From Candidatus Xenobia bacterium (GTDB taxonomy: Bacteria > Vulcanimicrobiota > Xenobia > Xenobiales > QWHO01), in contig BTUM01000027.1 of the NCBI GenBank assembly GCA_045863235.1, forward strand, positions 1 to 64,000: 64,000 nt of DNA, in the 5' to 3' direction. The notes under the pieces are model-generated. The model saw nothing but the letters and a program-made list of their open reading frames with translations. It did not search any database and was not told where the DNA came from. Both the position numbers and the translations under genes were made by a program. Numbering within the stretch: position 1 is the stretch's first letter; each line of letters starts with the position of its first letter. Shown piece by piece: positions 58,830 through 64,000 of the stretch.

Positions 58830-58841
58830 GTGGGCCCTTCC

Positions 58842-60701
58842 TCAACGCACGGCGGCGATCAGCTCGCTCACCATGGTGTAGCGGTTTTTTCCGAACGGAG
58901 GGATCAGGTACACCCCCCGAATCTTCTTGCGAATCCGTGCCAGGAGGTCGTTTGTCAGCTCCATCGCCAGTTTCTGGCCATCCTCCGGTGTCTCAACCTT
59001 CTCGTACTGCGCCAGAATCTCCTCGGGTATGACGATTCCGGGGATCTTGCCGGCGGCGAAGAACTCGGCATTTCGTCGACTGGTGATGGGCAAAATGCCA
59101 ACCAGGATGGGAATCGGGAGATGGGCGGTGGCCTCCAGCATCATGTCCACCTCCAACTCACGGTAGACCGGCTGGGTATAGATGAACTGCGCTCCCGCTT
59201 CCACCTTCTGCTCCAGCCATTTGAGCTGAGCCTTGTGCCCGCGGCCGGGGTTAAAGCCCCCTCCGATCATGAAGTCGCACCGGCAGCAGGGGGCCTGATT
59301 GAAAAGGCGACCCGCATTCATGCTCTTGATCAGGCGCATGAGGTTGACCGAGCTCTTGAGGTCGTTGACCCTGGAGGAGTACTTATCGTGGTCGCCCACA
59401 TTGGGATGGTCGCCTGTCACGGCCAGCACCGCCCGGATGCCGGCGTGCCAGGCGCCCAGCAGATAGGATTGCACCGCGACTAGATTGCGATTGCAGGCCG
59501 AAAGATGGATCATGGTCGGGATCTGCGTCTCGCGCTGCATCTGGGCCGCCGACACCAGCGGGTCCACGGTCACCTTGGCCCCAGCATTATCGGGCACGTC
59601 AAAAAGGTGGGCACCCTCCTGAGCAAGCTTCTTGCCAGCCTCGAGAAAGCTGGTCAGGGAATGCTCGCGGTTGGGGCGCATCTCGACCGAGATGACGAAA
59701 TCGACGCTTTTAAAGACCTGCTCGAAGGGATTGGGCTCCTGCACCGCCTCGGGAGCGGGGGCAACCACCTCCTGCACCCGTAGCGCACTGGGATGGCGCT
59801 CGGCGGGGGGCTTGAGACCCTCGACAGCCTGCTTGAGCATGGCGATGTGCGCCGGCTCGGTGCCACAGCAACCGCCTACGATACAGGCACCCGCTTCGAC
59901 CAGGCGCTTGCCGAACCGCTGGAACTGTTCGGGATTGACATGGTAGACCACGCGGCCCCGGTCGATCTCGGGCGAGCCGGCATTGGGCATGGCCACCAGC
60001 GGCAGGTGGGTGAACTGAGCCAGGCGCTGGATGGTTTCCAGAACATCGTAAGGTGCTCGGCAGTTGGCCCCCATCAGATGGGCGCCCAGTCGGGTGGCCA
60101 GCAACGCGAACTCACTGATGTCAGCTCCGGTGCCGGTTTTCCCGTTCTGGACTCCGCCCACCTCGAACAGCACTGGAACCCCGAAAGAAACGGCCTCGCG
60201 CAGGGCCGCCTGGGCCTCATAGAGCGACTGAAAGGTTTCCAGAGCCAGGAAGTCGACGCCGGCCTGCACCAGGGCCTCCATCTGCTCGTTGAAGATGGCC
60301 GCCACTTCGCTCTCTTCATACTCGTGGCGAATGTGGTGAATCTCGAGTGGGCCCACCGAGCCTCCCACGAACCGCTCGGGACCGGCGCACTCGCGGGCCA
60401 TCCTGACCCCCTCGATGTTGATCTCGCGGACCTCGTTGGCCAGCCCATGGCGGGCCAGCTTGATGGAGTTGGCTCCGTAGGTATTGGTGAGGAGAATGTC
60501 GGCACCCACCTCCACGTAAGAGCGGTGCACGGCCATCACCAACTGGCGATAGAGCGGGTCGAGGTTGAGGCCGTCCAGGCATTCGTGCCCGGCCCCGCGC
60601 AGACCCTGAAGCCGGGTGCCCATGGCCCCATCGCAGACCAGGACCCTGGTCTTGATGGCTTCCAGCAGCGTTTTCTTCGCAGTGATGGGCGCTTCCCACA
60701 T
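58842..60701 (-). CDS. yitJ: Bifunctional homocysteine S-methyltransferase / methylenetetrahydrofolate reductase
   Basis: DGAMGT, GANC, PNAG and GGCCG Zn motifs; C-terminal MTHFR with CNRN, TGD and KVEAGAQFIYTQPVY. Confidence 0.92.
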   Translation of the reverse strand: MWEAPITAKKTLLEAIKTRVLVCDGAMGTRLQGLRGAGHECLDGLNLDPLYRQLVMAVHRSYVEVGADILLTNTYGANSIKLARHGLANEVREINIEGVRMARECAGPERFVGGSVGPLEIHHIRHEYEESEVAAIFNEQMEALVQAGVDFLALETFQSLYEAQAALREAVSFGVPVLFEVGGVQNGKTGTGADISEFALLATRLGAHLMGANCRAPYDVLETIQRLAQFTHLPLVAMPNAGSPEIDRGRVVYHVNPEQFQRFGKRLVEAGACIVGGCCGTEPAHIAMLKQAVEGLKPPAERHPSALRVQEVVAPAPEAVQEPNPFEQVFKSVDFVISVEMRPNREHSLTSFLEAGKKLAQEGAHLFDVPDNAGAKVTVDPLVSAAQMQRETQIPTMIHLSACNRNLVAVQSYLLGAWHAGIRAVLAVTGDHPNVGDHDKYSSRVNDLKSSVNLMRLIKSMNAGRLFNQAPCCRCDFMIGGGFNPGRGHKAQLKWLEQKVEAGAQFIYTQPVYRELEVDMMLEATAHLPIPILVGILPITSRRNAEFFAAGKIPGIVIPEEILAQYEKVETPEDGQKLAMELTNDLLARIRKKIRGVYLIPPFGKNRYTMVSELIAAVR

Positions 60702-60719
60702 CGCCCGGGCTGCTTCGTC

Positions 60720-62858
60720 TTAGACCTGGACCATTCCCACCGAGTTGACGTTGACTTTTGGGGCGATTTCGTTCCAAGAGAGCAGCACCAGGTTGGGGAA
60801 GGAGCGCTCGGTCAATTTGCGCAGGGCCGAGCGAACCGGGGGTGAGCACAACAAGATCGGCTGGAGGCCGCGCTCCTGCAACTGCTGCACCTGGCCCGAG
60901 ATGGCCTGCAGGATCTCCTGGCCGGTATTGGGGTCCAGGGTCAGGAACGAGCCCGCCTCAGTGCGCTGGATGGCCGACTGGATGACCTGCTCGATGGACG
61001 GGTCGAGCGTGATCACGTTGATCGTGCCCTCATTGTTCATGTACTCTTTGCAGATCACCCGGCTGAGAGCCACCCGCACGAACTCGGTGAGCATCTCAGG
61101 GTCTTTGGTGATGTGCACGTTGTCGGCCAGTGTCTCCAGAATGGTGACCAGGTCGCGGATGGAGACCCGTTCTTTGACCAGATTCTGGAGCACCTTCTGA
61201 ACTTCGCCCAGGGTCAGGGCGTCGGGGATGACCTCCTTGACCACGGCCGGGTGGGTCTTCTTGACGGTGTCGATGAGGGCCTGAACCTCCTGGCGGCCGA
61301 GCAGCTCGTTGGCGTGGCCGCGCACGACCTCGGTCAATTGGGTCGCCACCACGCTCACCGGGTCGAAGATCATACAACCGAGCCGCTCGGCGTCGCCACG
61401 CTGCTCGGGCGAGATCCAGACGCCGGGCATGCCGTAGGTCGGGTCGACCGTCTTGGTGCCGCGCAGATTCTTCAGCTTCTCTTCCGGGCCGATGGCCAGG
61501 AACTGATTGATCTGAACCTCGCCCTGAGCCACCTCGATCTCCTTGATCTTGATGACGTAGGCATTGGGCTTGAGCTGCAAGTTGTCGCGGAAGCGCACAC
61601 CGGGAACCACGATACCGAGCTCGAGGGCGATGTGACGACGAATCGAGGTGACGCGCTCGAGTAGCTTGGCGCCCTGGTTGGGGTCCACCAGAGAGAGGAG
61701 GCCGCGTCCCACTTCCAGCGAGATGGGGTCGACCTGCATCAACTGCACGACGCTCTCTGGCTTCTTGACCTCGGCCTTCTTCTTCTGGTCTTGCTCCTGG
61801 GCCTGAACGTCGGCAACCTGGACCGACTTCTTGGTCAGAATCGTGCCCACGAAGAACATCAGGCCGCCCAGGCAGAAGAAGGGAAGTGGCGGGAAGGCAA
61901 ACAGCCCTACCACTCCCAGACCCCCGAGCAGGATCATAAAGCCGGCAGCCATTTTGAGCGCGCCCGGCTGGGCGGTGATCTGGCGGGTCACGTCGGAGCC
62001 CAGGTTGGAGTCGGAAGCGGCGCGCGAGACCACCATACCCATCGAGGTCGACATCAAGAAGGCGGGAAGCGTGGTGATGAGGCCGTTTCCGATGGAAAGA
62101 ATGGCGTAGATGTTGATGGCGTGGCCAGCCGACATCTTGTGGTAGAGCACGCCCACCAGGATGCCGCCGATCACGTTCACGACCATGATGACGATGGCCG
62201 CCATCGCGTCGCCTTTGACGAACTTGCCGGCACCGTCCATAGCGCCGTAGAAGTCGGCTTCCTTTTCGATCTGGCGCCGTTTGTTCTTGGCGCCTTCGGC
62301 ATCGATCAGGCCAGCGTGCAGGTCGGCGTCGATGGCCATCTGTTTACCGGGCATCGCGTCCAGGGTGAAGCGGGCGGCCACCTGGGCGATACGCTCGGCA
62401 CCGTTGGTGATCACCATCAGCTGAATGATGATCAAGATGATGAACATGATGAAGCCGACGACCAGGTTGCCGCCTACCACGACCTCACCGAAGGCGGGGA
62501 TCAGGTGGCCGGCGCCGATGGGCTTCTTGCTGACCGGGTCGAGCACGTTGCCGTGCAGCAGGATCATACGCGTGGCCGACACGTCCAGGGCCAGCCGGAA
62601 GAGGGTGGCCACCAGCAGCAGGGTCGGGAAGACGGCGAATTCGAGGGGCTCGGCGATGTAGATCGAGATCAGGATGGTGATCAAGGAGCCGGCGATGTTC
62701 ACCACCAGCAGAAGGTCCAAGAAGTCGGGCGGCATGGGCACGATCAGCATCATCACGATGCCGATCACGACCACGGCGATGCCGATGTCTGAGAACTTTA
62801 AAAGCTTGAGTAATGGATGGTCGGGTAAGCCGTCAGCTGGGTTCGGTTGTCCGGCCAT
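60720..62858 (-). CDS. flhA: Type III export gate protein FlhA/SctV
   Basis: FPTLLLVATLFRL, GAERIAQVAARFTLDAMPGKQMAIDADL, FYGAMDGAGKFVKGDA; large cytoplasmic domain. Confidence 0.96.
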   Translation of the reverse strand: MAGQPNPADGLPDHPLLKLLKFSDIGIAVVVIGIVMMLIVPMPPDFLDLLLVVNIAGSLITILISIYIAEPLEFAVFPTLLLVATLFRLALDVSATRMILLHGNVLDPVSKKPIGAGHLIPAFGEVVVGGNLVVGFIMFIILIIIQLMVITNGAERIAQVAARFTLDAMPGKQMAIDADLHAGLIDAEGAKNKRRQIEKEADFYGAMDGAGKFVKGDAMAAIVIMVVNVIGGILVGVLYHKMSAGHAINIYAILSIGNGLITTLPAFLMSTSMGMVVSRAASDSNLGSDVTRQITAQPGALKMAAGFMILLGGLGVVGLFAFPPLPFFCLGGLMFFVGTILTKKSVQVADVQAQEQDQKKKAEVKKPESVVQLMQVDPISLEVGRGLLSLVDPNQGAKLLERVTSIRRHIALELGIVVPGVRFRDNLQLKPNAYVIKIKEIEVAQGEVQINQFLAIGPEEKLKNLRGTKTVDPTYGMPGVWISPEQRGDAERLGCMIFDPVSVVATQLTEVVRGHANELLGRQEVQALIDTVKKTHPAVVKEVIPDALTLGEVQKVLQNLVKERVSIRDLVTILETLADNVHITKDPEMLTEFVRVALSRVICKEYMNNEGTINVITLDPSIEQVIQSAIQRTEAGSFLTLDPNTGQEILQAISGQVQQLQERGLQPILLCSPPVRSALRKLTERSFPNLVLLSWNEIAPKVNVNSVGMVQV

Positions 62859-62875
62859 AGATTACGTCCTTTCCG

Positions 62876-63976
62876 TCATCGCCGCGCCCCGGTCTTGCCG
62901 CGCCGCCGCTTCATCTCGCGTTTTCGTTTCAACTTGATCACGTAGGCCAGCACCTCGGCCACCGCCTTGTAGAGCTCGGTGGGGATGGCCTGGCCCACCT
63001 CGCAGGCTCCGAACAGCGTTCGCGCCAGCTCGACGTTCTCGATGATGGGTACGTCGTGGTCCTCAGCCTTGACCTTGATCTGCTGGGCCACCAGGTTCTC
63101 CCCCTTGGCCACGACCATGGGAACCGGATCGACCCCGGTTTCGTACTTCAGGGCAATGGCCAGATGGGTAGGGTTGGTCACCACCGCCGAGGAGTTGGGC
63201 ACCTCCTCCATCATGCGGCCCTGGGCGCCCTGGCGCATGAGCTGGCGCATCTTGGCCTTGACCTGAGGGTTCCCCTCGGTATCCTTATACTCGTCTTTCA
63301 ACTCTTGCATGCTCATGCGCATCTGCTTCATGAACTGCTTGTACTGGAACAAGTAGTCGAGAATGGAGAGAGCCGTCATGCCGATCAGCACCTGGAAGGT
63401 GAGGCGCACCAGAATCGTCTTCACCAGGGCGATGGTCTGGTTGAGGTCCATCTGCGGGGAGGCAGCGAACTTGGGCAACTCGCCCTTGACGCACTTGTAG
63501 CAGATCCAGCCGATAACCACCACTTTCAGGATCTGCTTGACCAGTTCCATGACCGACTTCATGGAGAAGATCCGCTTGAACCCCTCGATGGGGTTGATCT
63601 TGCTCAAGGACGGCTTGAGGGGCTCGACCGTAAACAGAAACTTGACCTGGGCTACGTTGGCCAGAATGGCCATGATGAACACCGAGGCCAGCAGTGGGGC
63701 CAGCACGATGAGCACGGTGCCCATCATCAACATCGATTCGCCCATCAGGTTGCGCTCGTTCATCTGGAAAGTGGGGATCAGCATCCAGATGTACTTGGTG
63801 TAGTCGATGATGCGGGCGAGCATCATCTTGCCGCAGGTCAGCAGCACCCCGTAGCAGGCCAGCAGAAGCAGCGTGGAGATGATCTCCTGGCTCTTCAGTA
63901 CCTGGCCTTTCTTGCGCGCTTCCTGGAGCTTATGCTCGGTCGGTTCCTCGGTCTTGTCACTGTCGCTGCCGCCCAC
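62876..63976 (-). CDS. flhB: Type III export switch protein FlhB/SctU
   Basis: DKTEEPT..KL.EARKKGQ, EYKDTEGNP, NPTH autocleavage site, IPTELYKAVAEVL. Confidence 0.96.
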   Translation of the reverse strand: MGGSDSDKTEEPTEHKLQEARKKGQVLKSQEIISTLLLLACYGVLLTCGKMMLARIIDYTKYIWMLIPTFQMNERNLMGESMLMMGTVLIVLAPLLASVFIMAILANVAQVKFLFTVEPLKPSLSKINPIEGFKRIFSMKSVMELVKQILKVVVIGWICYKCVKGELPKFAASPQMDLNQTIALVKTILVRLTFQVLIGMTALSILDYLFQYKQFMKQMRMSMQELKDEYKDTEGNPQVKAKMRQLMRQGAQGRMMEEVPNSSAVVTNPTHLAIALKYETGVDPVPMVVAKGENLVAQQIKVKAEDHDVPIIENVELARTLFGACEVGQAIPTELYKAVAEVLAYVIKLKRKREMKRRRGKTGARR

Positions 63977-64000
63977 GCTGCCTCACCTCCTCTCGGGCTC

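Overview
High-GC bacterial chromosomal window, mostly housekeeping and envelope genes. An SLH + beta-barrel outer-membrane protein points to a diderm Terrabacteria lineage; Eremiobacterota/Xenobia-like is my guess and is unverified. Recognisable genes are minC, minD, a probable minE start, truA, ecfT, proC, glgA, a family-B DNA polymerase, alpha-2-macroglobulin, a two-component pair, potADBC, a LigD-type primase-polymerase, lon, tRNA-Leu(CAG), rnhA, yitJ, flhA and flhB. I saw no CRISPR array, transposase or integrase. The main novelty is at 54.3-64 kb. Downstream of the type III export gate genes flhB-flhA, with no flagellar structural genes in the window, sit three tandem genes encoding one identical 81-aa helical protein (silent DNA differences only). 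They are followed by a 473-aa protein whose C-terminus is a gapless ~40% identical copy of that subunit. A harpin-like Gly/Gln protein and another orphan gene share AT-rich TGTWAAC boxes upstream and a D-x-[VL]-x-[LI] motif with this cluster. Together these suggest an undescribed type III-secreted filament system with its own regulon (inference). Also notable: a four-gene helical-bundle family, three members with zinc ribbons; a PolB with degenerate proofreading motifs; and an rnhA with no canonical start codon.
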